Part shown: positions 33,775 through 49,463 of the stretch, in pieces
Layout of the letters: the number at the start of each line of letters is the position of its first letter
How positions within the stretch are numbered: the stretch's first letter is position 1
Source: Macrostomum lignano
Taxonomy: Eukaryota
DNA length: 64,000 nucleotides
Assembly: GCA_002269645.1 (NCBI GenBank)
Contig: NIVC01002309.1
Span: 62,001 to 126,000 of the forward strand
Direction: 5' to 3'
Program-made: the position numbers and the translations under genes
Notes under the pieces: generated by a model
The model's database searches: none
What the model saw: only the letters and a program-made list of their open reading frames with translations
Told to the model about the DNA's origin: nothing

Positions 33775-35692
33775 TGTTTCCGTGGCAAAAGGTGATGGAG
33801 CAAATTAATCAACACTTACTATCTAGCTCGTATTAAGACTAAAAAACTGAGGCAAGCTGGGATTAAACCAAAGAAAATTTTTTACTATACTTTTTTACCA
33901 TATACTTTTACTATACTTCTATAGTATAGTAGAGAGGTACTCTATTTAAATGCAGTAAGAAGTGAAACAAATTTATATATTTAATTATTAAAATTAAATT
34001 AATTCAAGGTAAATAACTAATTTAACCAATTTATTAGAAGTATTTAATATTTTAATAAATTGATTTTTATACCTTACACGAAATAAGCTCTACATTCATT
34101 TCTTAGCTTGGGGCCATCTGTATAAGGTCAGTTTCTTCAAAATGCTGATTAATTAATTAAGGCCTGTTGTCTTTACTTAAATTTATAAGGGCATCTTAGA
34201 AGTTAATATTACTATATAATACATGTATAATATTATTACTATATTATAATAATATAGTTGCAATTTTAATGACTATTGAATAAGTCTAAATGCTTCCCCT
34301 ATTGACTCTAAATATATGGTATCTTTACCTTCAGAAAAAATTAGCATAGAATGACTTGATGAAAACAAAAAAAATCATTTCGAGATACACATTTGCTGAT
34401 CATTCAGGTCAAATTTCAAGGTCCAGTTTTGCACATGTTTCTCTGTAGCTTGGTTACAAGGATTTTAATAAAAATATAATAAATATGTCCAATGTACTAA
34501 CTGATACATAGCCAAATTGAAGTATTTTCAAAAACAAAAAAAATCATTTGCTCAGTTTACTTTACTGGATATCTGTGTAAAATTTCAGCTCAAAAGGTGC
34601 TCCATGGAGAATGCTAGTGTGGTTACAGGATATTTATTTTGTGCTTCAAAGTAGGAGTTTATTGCGATGCATGGTTGCTTTTAATTATTTTTATCAACAA
34701 TAGTGCTCTATTTCATAACAATTTTTTACAAAAAGATAAAAAGACATGTTTTTCTAATTATCTGCATCAAAATGTATCATTTTAAGCGCACATTCTAGAC
34801 GTCAGCTGAAAAATACATTTTGTGAGACGCAAAGAGGCTATCCCACCGGAAATGCTAGGCGTACAGTTAAGCGTCTATAAAATCATTTATAGTGCAGTTT
34901 ATTGAGCTTTAAAAAAATCTTAAATTAAATTTATATAAGCTTTAATTTTAAATGTAATATAGCAAGGTTTCAACACAACAACAACTTTTTTTTAGCTACA
35001 GACATCTTGTAGTACCAAAAATTAACATCGGTGAAATGATTGAATTTGAATTTTTTCATCGCTAATTATCGCTTAATACCGCCAGATGATTAAAAAACAC
35101 TTTTGCATGATAAAGTTTAACCCAAAAATTATCTTTATTCACAGATAAAAGTGTCCTATTATTTTCAATATGGCAGTAACAATAGTAAATGTTCGGAAAA
35201 TTGTTAAAATTTTTGCTCCTCCTAGAATTTGCGAACGACCCATGCAATTGAACGTAAAAATGGTTTATAGCAATAAAGGACATATCAAAAGTTCGAAACT
35301 TAAAATTGACTATTGTTAAAGAAAGCTTCTGGCATGACAATTCTATTTTTTGACGATATGAAATTTTAAGAGCTGGTACAATTACGTATAGTTTCAAGCT
35401 TGTGTGATGCAAATGTAATATTTTATTGTTAATTCGTTACCCATAGCTACTCCAATTAAAAATCAGCACTTCTGAGAGCTCAGTAGTAAGTGCCTACGCG
35501 AGATCCCCTTATTGTTTAATTGTACAGCGAAGTACATAAGTATACATGTACTCTGAAAAAGATTACCGACGAGTCAATAGTATATATGATATATAGTATG
35601 TACGTGGTTTAATTGGGTCGAGGGTTAGTCGAATTTAAACTTTAACGGAAACATTACGTTTGCACACAGTTTAGGCCTGGTGTATGCATGCA

Positions 35693-38013
35693 TACGGCTG
35701 TTCTGCGCGTATGCACCCACCGCTGCTGATCACCCGGAGGAGGCTCGTGGCTTCTTCAACTTCCTGGCTGGGCAGCGGGAAGAGGTGCCAAACCGCGACA
35801 CGCTGGCGGTGCTCGGAGACCTGAACACAGTTCCGCAGAGGTCCGAGCGCTCGCCCTTTTCGCGGGACGCGAGAACGCCAACACCGATGCACTAGCTGGA
35901 GGACCTGACCGGCTGGACTGGTGTCCGCAAGCCCCCTGCCCGCCTGGTTACCTTTGCGGACTGCAAGAGAAGGCATCGGAACGCACACGGGCGGAACGCC
36001 ACGAGGAGACTGGCGCAACTCGATCATGCGCTGGTTCGCACTCGCGAGCGCCGCTGCGTCACCAACTGCGACACCATGGCTCCACTCTCCGGTCAAACCA
36101 CCGACTCCTGCTCTGCGACTTGCGGCTCCGCGACCATCTCTACCGAACGCCAAAGCAGCGGAAACAGCGTTACTATCGCGCTCTGTTGGGCACCCGCGTG
36201 AAGCGTCATTTCGCAGGCGCAGCTTCGTCGCCGCGCTTGGATACCAGTGCGAGGAGGAGTATTCCGAAATCAGCACCGCTGTTTGAGCCGTTGCGGAGCA
36301 GACGGTCCAGCCGATGCAGCCAGCGTAAAAATCGCTGGCTGTCTGGCAGAACGACCCGAACATCAGGCAAGCGCGGCTCAACATTGAGCGACTCCGCAGA
36401 AACCAGCAGCCCGCGGACGACGCAGAAGACGCGTTTGAGCGCCTTCTAGACAAGCGGCAGCAGGCCGCTTTCGACGACGCCGTCAGGTCCACCACTGCAG
36501 CTGGCCCCGACGGTAAAGAGCCGCCGGTAAAGTCCAGACTCTGACGGGGCGTAAAAAGCGCGTGGCGCTGAATCTGGCCGGCGACACCCCGGAGGAGCGC
36601 AGGAATGAATCGCGCGACTTCTTCGCCGGCGTAGTGAACGCGCCCGCGTTGCCGCTGCCTGTCAGTTTTGCGCTCCCACTGAACACGCCGCTCCCAGCTG
36701 AGGGAGGACATCTGCACCAGACCAGTCACCATGAAGGACGTTGTGCTGTTCGCTCGGAAAACATCAGGCGACAAGGCGCTCGGCCTCGACGAGGTCCCGG
36801 TCGAAGCGCTGCGGCTCCGCTGTGTGGCCTCCCAGGTCACAGTCGTCATGAACCGCGTGCTCGCCGGCGCTCCTGCGCCCACCGAGTGGACCGTCGTGCA
36901 CATTGTGCCGATCCCGAAGAAGGCAGGGACAATGTGGAAAGAAGACCACCGCGGGATCTCGCTAATGTCCTGCACCGCGAAACTCTTCAATCGGCTGCTG
37001 CTCGATCGTCTGCATTCGGTGCTGGACCTGCCTGTCTGACCTGTTCGACACTTCATCACGAGTTTTGCAGAGCGACACGCTGGCGCCGTTTCTCTCCGTG
37101 CTGCTGCTGGACTGGGTGCTTCGGACCGCACTCCCCCTGCTGACGACGGCTTCCTGCTGCGCAGACGCATCGGTCGCCGCCACGGCGCCTAAGCGTGCTT
37201 GGCTACGCCGACGACCTCTCCCTCCTGTCCTCGTCCGTTGAAGGCGCCCAGAGCCAGATCGACTGTTGGTCGAGGTGGCATCGAGCGTCGGACTCGTTGT
37301 CAACACGCTGAAGACCGAGGTGCTGACTGTGCCGGCCGACATCCCAGTGGACCTGACATGCCGCGGCGTAGACGGGCAGACGTCAATGCTCGCACGCTGC
37401 CAGCGGTCCACCTACCTTCGGCGGTCTGGTGCCTCACGTGCATGAAGACCTCCGGCGGCGCAGAGGACGTGCCTGGGCGGCGTTCCGTTCGATCCGGGCC
37501 GTCGTCCAGTCCGAAGTGCTGCCAGAGGGCTCGGCTGTGACAGGCGGTGGTCGAAACCGTCCTGCTCTACAACGCCGAGACGTGGACGCTGACGGCTACA
37601 CTAGAGCGGCAGCTGGACTCGGCACACTCAGGGCTTCTCCGTGCGGCCTTTCGAGCTGATGAGAGCGTCGGGACCAAGGCCCTGTACGATCGGGCCAAGC
37701 TGCAGCGCCCGTCCATCATCCTGCGCCGGCGACGACTTCAACGTGATCCACGTGATCCGGGCCGAGGGCTACTGCCCCCAACATGTTCAGGACGTCCTGC
37801 TGCTCACCCTGTAGGGCTCGCTCAGGTGGGGTCAGGCCCAAACCCGTCGATACGTGGACTGCCTCCTACGCGACGCCGGGGCGCCCGACACTGCCAATGG
37901 GGCGGACTTCGTTCGCTCCCAGGCTCTGCGGCGCGCCATTTGACGCACCCTGCTCTGTGACTTTGCTTTCGGGGCTGCGCAATTTGTTGTTGTTTTGTTG
38001 TTGTTGTTGTTGC
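35693..38013 (+). mobile_element. Decayed, 5'-truncated non-LTR retrotransposon (RTE-like): APE endonuclease + RT remnants
   Basis: CAYAPT and LAVLGDLN (APE). WTVVHIVPIPKK..HRGISLMSCTAKLFNRLLLDRL and YADD at 37204-37215 (RT). VLLYNAETWTL C-terminus. (TTG)n tail at ~37983-38012. Candidate TSD ATGCATGCA at 35684-35692 and 38014-38022. Multiple frameshifts. Confidence 0.9.
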
Positions 38014-38279
38014 ATGCATGCAATGACATCAAATTTTAATGAAGTTTAGGCCCCGTACGTTATAGATATATCTCGTACTGGATCGGAGGACCCACGCATT
38101 TGAATTATAGCTTCATCGTATATCTAAATCTAATTTTAGGAATTCGGTCTGACCCATAGATGCAGGCAGTTCCATTCACTTAGTTATATATGGTTTATAA
38201 ATGGTGAGAATATACCGAATAAATCGCACGTAATTATGAGTTGTATAAATGGCCAATCATAGCACCGGGTGGAGGATAC

Positions 38280-38798
38280 ATGGCACGTGAAAAACTGCAA
38301 CAGCCACGTCTTGAGGAGCAATACAGGAATATCATCAGATCAAGTCGCAGTAAAAATCGCTGTTCCTGCCCATTTGACGACAATGCACCAATTGCTTCTA
38401 GAACAAGAAGCGCTCTTCGACACCGCAATTCAGTGAGCAGTTCTCAAATTTATCATTTCACCGGTGGTCAAAGAAGCAGCGACGAGTCCGAGAGCTCAGA
38501 TGATGCCTGGAGCAATAAATTTTCCCTAAATTCTTTGGAGCGACCGGACCACAGTGTACCACTGGATGTCACCAGTTCAATCTCGTCTATCAACCGACGC
38601 AACCCAAGCAACTCAAGGAGTCGATCTCGCATCTCTAACGGCCCTTCCAAATTGATTTATCGAATTTTTGCTTTCGTATTTTATCGTTTGTTGGTTTCGT
38701 TTGCAACTAGGTGCGCAGATTTTGTGACTGGAACTATTTTAACTTGGTTAAAACTATTACTGCTGGTTCCTGTGGCTCGGTGGCTCGGTTTTAGATAG
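38280..38798 (+). CDS. Hypothetical Ser/Arg-rich protein with hydrophobic C-terminus
   Basis: Uninterrupted frame from ATG 38280 (172 aa) to TAG TAA, with an S/R-rich N-part and an apolar C-terminal segment. No family recognised. Confidence 0.4.
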   Translation: MAREKLQQPRLEEQYRNIIRSSRSKNRCSCPFDDNAPIASRTRSALRHRNSVSSSQIYHFTGGQRSSDESESSDDAWSNKFSLNSLERPDHSVPLDVTSSISSINRRNPSNSRSRSRISNGPSKLIYRIFAFVFYRLLVSFATRCADFVTGTILTWLKLLLLVPVARWLGFR

Positions 38799-38849
38799 TA
38801 ATGTAAGCATCGGGACAATAGCTGCATCCCAAGTGCATGTCAACTCATC

Positions 38850-39100
38850 CAAGGTTTCCTAAATGCCTGTCATCTCTACGGTGTGCCTAATGTCTGGCTC
38901 CACATCCGGTGTGTCCCAACTGCATGTTACCTCATTCGCGGTGTCCCAACTGCATGTACCTCATCCGCGGTGTCCCAACTGCATGTTACCTCATCCGCGG
39001 TGTCCCTAATGCCTGTCGACATCTCATCCGCAGTGTGCCAAATGCCTGTCGACATCTCATCCGCGGTGTCCCAAATGCCTGTCGACATCTGATCCCCAGT
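38850..39100. repeat. 30-33-bp minisatellite (ACCTCATCCGCGGTGTCCCAACTGCATGTT)n
   Basis: About 8 tandem units. Confidence 0.88.
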
Positions 39101-41238
39101 GTCTCAAACTCCCGATTGATCTGATGCATTTTATGTATAAGGCGCGAAAGGAATGTCTTTTGTTGAACAAAAAAACTCAGCAGTGAAAGCAGACACCTGC
39201 ACATGTATGGCATGCATACATGAAGGTTTGGTTAACGAGTCATACAATGGAACAATGCGCCATTTAAGACTCTGCACTTCTGCATTGCTTTTACAATAGT
39301 TCAACAAGCTTTTATTTTTTAACCCACAAACAAAAACAGCCAGAGTGACAATGGGCTGTAAATTACACTTTCAAATTTCCTTGACTTTCTAATCGTCAAG
39401 TATGCACACTCTCTGTACTTGAGAATTGGTCCTCACTCGACAACCTCAGAGGCTAATTTTCGTGCAGCCCCAAATGCATGGAAATGTGGCCACGCACCGA
39501 ATCGAACAGCATCCTATTGCGAAGCTTTAGAATGAGAATTTTGTCCACTTAGCTCATCCACAAAATTCACGTAGCCATTGTATACACTACGTAGGGGCAA
39601 ATATACGCAGCAACATTGAAAAGTCGCCACTCCATGCGCCATAGGCAATTTCTCTTGGACTATTCTGAAATCGGGGTAGCTTTAATCCCTCCAGCCCTCG
39701 CACACCGCTCCCCCACTACATTTCTCAACTCAAGTCTGCCGCGGCTTAGCTGAGCTGTGTCACTCGCAAACATTGAGGGACTTACCTGCACTCTCAAAAG
39801 TGGCGACCACAGATGGAATCTTCTGTGATGAGGAATTTTCAATGTTGGTGAGTATACATTCACCCAGACACAATGTGAATTAGTTTTAGCCATTTTTTCC
39901 ACAGTTGCTCCCCTTCCTAGGTAACACATCACGTTACTGCTTTCCTACATTTATCATCCATCATCTAATCTACTTTGTCGTAAAACTGTCGTGTAGAGTA
40001 ATGATTGACATCTGTGCAGGGCTAAAATACATTGTAAATAACTTTTACCCAGGCACAATGACAAGTCAAAACGGCCCCATTATTACACAATTCAGCGACT
40101 CCACCGAGAGATTTTTCAATTGATAAAAGCAGGCGTACCGCTGTGATTTTATTGAACTAATTAAAAATTGATAACCAAGTTATAGAGTCGCCTATTATCT
40201 TATCTGATAGCCAAGTCAACTGTCCCTCGCCACGCGTAATCAATGTACATCATACTCTCTGCCCAAGTGACCAATCAGTTCACCCAACTCCACCTCTCAT
40301 CCAATCAAATCAAATTTAAAAGTGTTGAATAATGGCTCCTCAAACGTGTGTTAAAATAACCGAAAAAGTGTGCTAAATTTGCCGCAAAAGTGTATTAAAA
40401 TGACCCGTGTGCTATAGGTAAAAATTCCATACAATGCGCTTGTATACACTCAACAACATTAAAAAAGTCGCCACCTTTGAGAGTGCTGAGTAAATTCTAG
40501 CTCAGTATTGACTTTTGAGTGACGCAACTCGAGTGACGCGACGCAGAGTTGGGTTGAGATTGGGAAGATTGGGAAGATTGAATAGATTGAAGCTTCTGCC
40601 CGTTTTTCATTGTTTTTCAAAGCTATTAGAAATAGTTGGCCAGGTGATAGACAGGTCACACGTGATGCTGGTTCGAAGACAGGTTCTGTCCTTCATCGGC
40701 TCTATTCAAACAAAGAAGAAAGTTCAATTTAAAAAAAACTGATTGAATTCAATATAGCAGCGAAGAAGTCAACAACTGTGACGTTGACAATGAGTTCGTG
40801 AAAACTCACCTTGCAGAGGTTGCAATAATTGAGCACTGCTCAACGCAATACTCAAGGACTCCGCATTACCATATACTGTACGATGGCTTGTGCCAGCCGA
40901 TCGTATTTCAATGGTGCAGTGAGCACGTCAAAAACTGTGCTCATAGTTGCAGTCTTTCAGACTATCGGGTAGCAACAAATCGGAGCTCTTGAAATTGGTT
41001 GACATTGGGCCAGCTGCAGTATCAACCTCGACATCTTGGTTAAACTTTGGGCTGTAGAAGAGACCCTAATGGCGCTTTTAATGTAGAGACGATCACAACT
41101 GGTGTTGGCAGGCATGACAACTTGTTAGATGGAAACTTGTACCGTCTATACAGGATCGGATACGGCGAGGCTACAGCTCTCAAGGACTGCATGATATGCA
41201 ATTTATTGTAGTACTGTGTATGCAACAGATACCTAATA

Positions 41239-41672
41239 CAGTGGCGGCGCAGGGGGGGGGCGGGGGGGGGGCGGGGGGGGGCGGGCTGCCCCCGGGTGAC
41301 CACCCCTCACCACCCTCAGGGGTGACCACCCCCAGGGGTGACCACCCACTACTTAAAAAAAATTGGTACTTTACCATATTTTTTCAAAAGTGTGGTCACC
41401 CCATGGGGCATGGGGGTGGTCACCTGAGACCTCAGGGGGGTGGTCACCCGGTAGGGCCTGTAGGCTGTAAGGGTGGTCACCCTTTGAGGGCGAACCGCGA
41501 ACTGGGCCTGGGCGATAACGAATCCTAACGATTTTGGAAAGCTGGAATGTAATTATTTTTGTGATAATTTTTTTTGATAATTTTTTCTGGGGGTGACCAC
41601 CCAGCCGGGGGGGGGGGTGACCACCCAACCACCGCATCCCCCCCCCCAGCTGGAGGTCCTGCGCCGCCACTG
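41239..41672. mobile_element. GC-rich hAT-type MITE with CAGTGGCGGCGCAGG TIRs
   Basis: Perfect 15-bp TIRs. Perfect 8-bp TSD ACCTAATA at 41231-41238 and 41673-41680. Internal GGTGACCACCC motifs in both orientations. Confidence 0.94.
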
Positions 41673-43879
41673 ACCTAATATATGACTGCATAACTGCATG
41701 ACTACAACCTAGATAGCCAGATTGAGGCCCTAGTTCTGTTTTTTTGCTTAAGTAAAAATGAAAACTGGCACGTTTTAAGTAAGAGTTTTAAATCTACAAT
41801 CGTCATGATTTGCAGACACTATTGAAAGCATTTTTAAGCTTGTCAAATATTTTAAACATCACAACTTGTGTCAACGGCTTGTTAGGACAATTTTTCGGCT
41901 TTTATTTTTTTATACTTCAGCTTGTTGCGACGACGTAGGACGAAGAAGTAACGAAGAAGCTTCTGCTTAGTATATACTACTTTTAAATCATATAAACAGT
42001 CACTCAAGAACATAAAATATAGAATCGTCCGCAGTTCAATTTCCGCGATTGAAAATTCGAATAATCTGAGAATCTGAGTAAGTTCGGCTTAGGAAAGATT
42101 AAAAAGAAGCACGTTCTGCAATTTCCTTCTCACCTTTGTCCATCAAATCCCCAATATAAATTTTAGACTTTCTTTAATTATGAAAGTAGAATAATATTCA
42201 TGATTGCAATTATGGCTCGTTGCTAGGTCACTGTATTCCTAACTCAATAACTGCTTCCGTAAATTTAATCAGCTTGCAGAATCGTTCCAGGCCGCTACAC
42301 AATTAGAGATTGGTGAACGAACGTAGACCGCGCTGCCGACAAAGTCCGCGGGGCGCCGGGGGGGGGGGGTCGGCCAGCAGGTAATCAAGGAAACGCCGAG
42401 TACGCAACTCCTAGCATGCCAGCATGCGTTCGAGTTCGAGTCAACTTGCTGTTCGAGGGAGTCCATCCGCGTCCAGGTCTCAGCCCTCAAAGGACTCGCC
42501 TTCACAGAATCAAGGGCAGCGAAATCAAATCGAATCCTAGCGAACGTCGGGGACCAGACCACAGAAGTAGACGAAGCTATACACTTTTGTGTGAGTGTGT
42601 TCCTGCGCGTATGACTGCGTACGTATCCGCGCGCTTGTGTGCCTGCTCAGGGGAGTCGTCGGAATGGGCATCAACGCCTCTCGCCGGTTGTGCGACAATG
42701 TCGCTTAAAGTGTTTTTAGTAAGAACTAAACAAAAAAACTAAGAGAAAGTCATGGACAAAATGAGAGAGAGAAAGAAAAGACGTTAGTTAGGACCCAGTA
42801 AAAGACAAAACCAAAATTCCAACTGATTCCTAACAGATTTCTAGGCTAAACAGGCTTAGATCGCATGAGCAACACGCACAATGCAGGGAACGCAGCTCAT
42901 TAGTGCTTTGTATTAAAAAACTCAGCGCGTGTTTTTCATTCCTTCTTCTACAGCCCCCCCCTGCACCAAAGCTAGACCTGGCGCTATAGCCAACAGACCA
43001 ACCAAACCTATTTGCTTAACTGTAAAAGTACATTCGACGAGGTTCGACAGACGAGAGAGAGAGAGAGACAGAGACCACTGGCAGAGAAAAAAATAGCCCA
43101 GCAACCACCATTTGGAATTAGGTATCCCTTGGGGAGGGGTTAAGTTAGGTGGGCAAGGCCGGAGGGATGGAGAGGATGTCAGATGTGCGCAATCCAACAT
43201 TCGGGATCTGATCAAGGAGTCCTTTGAAAGACAATCTGGTAGCGTCATGTTCTCATAAGCTTTCATTAATTTGTGCTCAACTGATTCTCACTAAAGTTGC
43301 ATTTGTTTGATGAGAAATCCCGCGACTACTGACTTAGATTTCTCAATGCTTAGTAGATTTCAGTTTTCCTAAATAAAGAGGGTTTGGCAGTTCTCCTGCG
43401 ACTCAGAATCTCCTAATCAGCTTAAAAATGATGGGAAATTGAGGAAAAATCGAGAGTTTCGAGGAAAGATTAAGAGGCAGTCGAGATTTGTCCTTTGAAG
43501 ATCTCCTTGATCTGACGCTGGCGCTGCACTTATTGCGGATTCCGACGAATTCCCTACTGGAGGAGCTGACAATATACGAGGAGAACTGGGGGGAAATTTC
43601 CCAGAAAATCCAGGCATGCTTGATGCGGCTGCATGTTAGCAGCATGGTCGAGCTCGTTAGGATTCCTCCTGTCCGCGTCGCTTTTGCATGCAGGGGGAAG
43701 CTTCTTTTTATCAGTAACTGCAAGACTCGTTTCTTCTTCTAGCCATGGCTCGCACAAATTGAGGATGTTGCGAAGCCGGCTGAGCTGAACTCATTCCAAG
43801 CCAATTCAGAGCAGTTTGGTAAGATAACCGATTAGAGAAACTTTGCGCTTGTTGGAGGTTGAACTCTACTGCTCTCTAT

Positions 43880-43895
43880 CTATCTACGAGGCTCG

Positions 43896-43968
<73 letters not shown>

Positions 43969-43970
43969 GC

Positions 43971-44012
<42 letters not shown>

Positions 44013-44014
44013 GC

Positions 44015-44112
<98 letters not shown>
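43880..44112. repeat. (TATC)n microsatellite
   Basis: Directly visible. Confidence 0.97.
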
Positions 44113-44435
44113 CACTCTATCACTCTATGCGTGCACCAACCGCACCTGTGATTAACACGATCATGCCTGACTAAGCTGCACAATTCCCGGGCTATCCTCA
44201 TTAAAAATCCCAGAAACTCCGTGGCAATTTATGTTTAGTCTATTTCGGCTTGCTGGGTAACTTGGCTTCGGCGAAAAACTCTGGCAGCTAGACCTAAATC
44301 CTCACAGCAACCGAGCCGACGGACAACTGAAGCAGAAGGAAACCTCACCCGCAAGTCGTGCAATTTTCACTGGTGGCCGGGTTTTGCTACAGAATGTATT
44401 GGAATTAAATTCGCAATATCTCACTTTCTCAGATA

Positions 44436-45951
<1,516 letters not shown>

Positions 45952-46547
45952 AATGTCAAATACTTTTTGCCGGGGTGACTGTAAAGCAATTATCTTTTAT
46001 TCGAAAAAAAGAAGAGCAAAGATAAGGGCAAATTGGTCTCATAGCGACAGCAGCAGTTTCTGGTGGATCATGTCATCAATTACATGCCGTCTGTCTGCAG
46101 CCCTGTTTCGAGGCGAGTGCAATTTCGCCAAGAAAATCTGTCGACTCCAGCCTCTTCAGCGACAACCCTCCCCAGCCCGTACTCGCATCTCAGTGATAAA
46201 TGTGTACTATTTAGCGGCTAAATTACTATAATTAAGGGCCCACCCCCCTTCCATCCGGCATTTTTTGCATTTTTCTCTGCGTTCCAACAAAGCGATGTTT
46301 GCTTGGCGCAGACAGGGCACAAGATGCGTGAAGTTTATACAACTAGGCGGGGGCCTGTGTTGTGAAGCCATGACTTTTCGAATTGTGGTGCATTTGAGAG
46401 ATGCTGCCTGTTTCCAATAGCTAAGTTCTTATATAGTTGGCTCATGCTTAAAATTTACATGTAGCAAAAAATTGCATAAAATTGCAAATTCAGTACCAGC
46501 TCTTATAGTCAATTGAATCTAATTTGAATAATTTAGCCATTAAGAAG

Positions 46548-47014
46548 CTGGAGCGTCGCCACCTGGGGGGACAGGGGGGACATGCCCCCTCCCCAGTTTT
46601 GAGGGGACATGCCAATGCTTTTTAACCCGCACTCCACCTTGTGATCCCTTGTGGAAATTAATAATTTTTCCTCAGGGTGCTAAAATGAGTGCCCGCGGCG
46701 CCAAAATGAGGGCCTGCGGCGCAAAGATGAGTGCCCGCGGCGCCAAAATGAGGGCCTGCGGCGCAAAAATAAGTGCCCGCGGCGCCAAAATGAGGGCCCG
46801 CGGCGCCAAAATGAGTGCCTGCGGCGACAAAATGAGTGCCCGCGGCGCCAAAATGAGGGCCTGCGGCGCCAAAATGAGGGCCTGCAGCGCCAAAATGAGC
46901 GCTAACAACACCGATTCTTAAAATAGTGGATATGTAGGAATTAGTCATGTACATGTACATGTTGAATTCTTGGCTTTGTCCCCCCTAACTAATAAATCCA
47001 TGGCGACGCCCCTG
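46548..47014. mobile_element. hAT-type MITE (CTGGAGCGTCGCCA / TGGCGACGCCCCTG ends) with internal 21-bp tandem repeat
   Basis: 14-bp TIRs with 2 mismatches. Perfect 8-bp TSD TTAAGAAG at 46540-46547 and 47015-47022. (GCGGCGCCAAAATGAGGGCCT)n at ~46680-46905. Confidence 0.88.
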
Positions 47015-49463
47015 TTAAGAAGTAAAGGAATAAGTAAATGAGTGAGTGACAGGACCACTGTAGCATAACATGACGTAAAACTCAAAGATCGTGTAATTTT
47101 TGGAGGTCAATTTCCTGAAAAAAATACACTGCGGAGATTAAAAAATCAATGATTGTATTTGATCTGGGGCAAATAGTGAATGATGATCGCATTTGTGAAG
47201 AATCGAAACAGTGAGTTATTAATTGAGTGAATTCAGTCATGCCTCATTGAATCTGTCATTTACTCATTTAAGAATGAGTCAGATGATCGATCGAAGATAC
47301 AAAAGAAGGTTACATTGCGATTAAAAGCCAGGCCTTAGTAGAGAAAGACAGCTATTTAAAAAAGTTCATTCAAGTCCATTTCGTTAGGTTCGTTTGAATC
47401 ATTTGTCTTTCTCTTTGACCTCGTTGAATAAGTAATGAGCCTATAAGGCCTTTATTACTGTTCTCAAATCTGTGGAACACTTGCGTGTCAGAGCGCACTT
47501 CACTCTGGGCCACTCAAAGGCAGCTCTCTAACTTTCCTTCCTGTGTTAGTTAAAAAAACGTATGCTAACTAACCAACCCTCAGCTAGACGCAGCCAGGAG
47601 CGTACAGTACACAGTTGACTTATTGCTTTTCAATAAACGAAGCTTTTCCATATCGTTGGTGCTTCTTTATTTAACAAGCTCTGCAAGTTTCCTTCCTGAA
47701 GTGAAAAATCATTGCCCCCCTGTTGTTCTGATTAAGGGCCTGAGTAGTAGTCAGTACTACTGACACAGTACATGTAATTATTGCCTTTAGCTGAAACAGT
47801 TTCTTTTGAAGTAGAAACACAGGCGCAAAAACTGTTGACAACAAAAATGGTCTGTGTCGAGAATCAAGGTCATTACAGCCTTACCCTCATGCAACCAGCC
47901 TTGATTCAGCAGGTAAGTTATACCAACTCTCATTCATACGGTCGTAAAAAATATGTACTCTTCTCTTCAGACATGTGCATGTAGAAAAATAATAAGAATA
48001 AAAAAACTAGAACTAAATTAGATGTTAAATTGAATACTAAGAGGAGCCAGTAAGTGGGCACAAGGCCCAAACCGATATATTTATATGACATTAAATTGCA
48101 GGGGGGTTGAATTGAAGATAACAAAGAGAGGGGTGAAGTGCGCGACTAAAGAGAGAGGTGAGGATGGAGAGCCAATCAGAAGGCAGCAAGGGAGAGAGAG
48201 ATAAGAATAACAAGATTGAGCTAGACAGAGAGAGAGAAAACAGAGTAAACAGAGACAAGTGAAGGTGAACTAAGAAATGAATAGGAAAGTCGCGACAGTG
48301 CACACAGATTTCAAAGAATTTATTGACCTTCGTGGACGAAGTGAACCCTGCCAACCCCCGATTAGAAAGTCAGGACCTTCGTACACCCAGTGTGAGCGTG
48401 TGTATGAGTGCGTACCTGCGTAAAGTGTTGGAAGAATTGCTACGGCACCCTTTGAACATCTAGCTCGTATCCACGTAGAACTTTAGGCCAAGCTGAAAAG
48501 TTCAGTAGTAAAAGTAAAGTACATTTAAACTATAAGTGCCATATTTTCGACGCAATATTGAATAATAAATTATTCACGTTCTGCAGGGAGCGTTCGGGCC
48601 AGCATCGATTCAACGAGTTTTCTTTTTGGCGGCCGATGGCAAGCGCTTTGGTTGCGACCATAAAAAGGCATTCCTTTATTAGCTCGTATATCTCTCTAGA
48701 TAGATTCCAGTCCGCGTGTTGAGAGACTTTGTCGCCCTGCTCATAAATCAATAAGTCTGGGCGGTGGGAGATCGTTGTCCAGTGAAGTTTTCCCTCCCCC
48801 CCCCCAGTAGCACTCGAGGCACTTTTACTCTGATCTGAATGTATAAAGAAGCATTAGTTAATATCCTCGGTAAACTATAGCTATTGAATATATTCTATCC
48901 GATACAGGAAATCTTGCTTAACTGATGCACGCCGATCTGTCCAAAGTCCTCGTTCCACTCAAAACTTCTTTGCCACTGCTTTGCCCCATTATTAAGGATG
49001 CTTCATGTAGAAGAAGTGTTTTAAATGTCAAAAAACTACTTCAAGTACAAATTAAATTTTACTCAAACAGCGTATTCTCACTCATCACTCTATCTAACCT
49101 TCCTAGTTTTCTCTTCTCCGCAACCATTAGCTTTTTCTCCACCCAATGAAAGATTTAGCAGGACAGTGCCATCCAATCGTGGGTCCGTTTCACGCAACTG
49201 ATGCATGTCAGTGTTCCCATTGGAAAGAGAGGTTGACGAGGGGATGGTGGCACTGGAAGGCGTACGCACTGGCGCATGCGCTGTGGGTAGAGATTCAACG
49301 GGAAAAAAATAGCACCCTCTGCCTTCGTCCCGTTCCCCGCCGCTCCCGCCAACCCCAATCCCGCTTGGAGGCATGCTATTAGAAGACTAGACCAAGGATT
49401 AGTACCAATGAAGAGGGCTGCAGGGGCGGAGAGCAATTCAAGTAGCCGGTCGGTCAGAACCAG

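Noticed and set aside
42250-42700. GC-rich segment with a GTGAGT donor-like site as a possible 5' UTR exon of the stomatin gene
   Set aside because: No matching strong acceptor before ATG 49464 and no transcript evidence.
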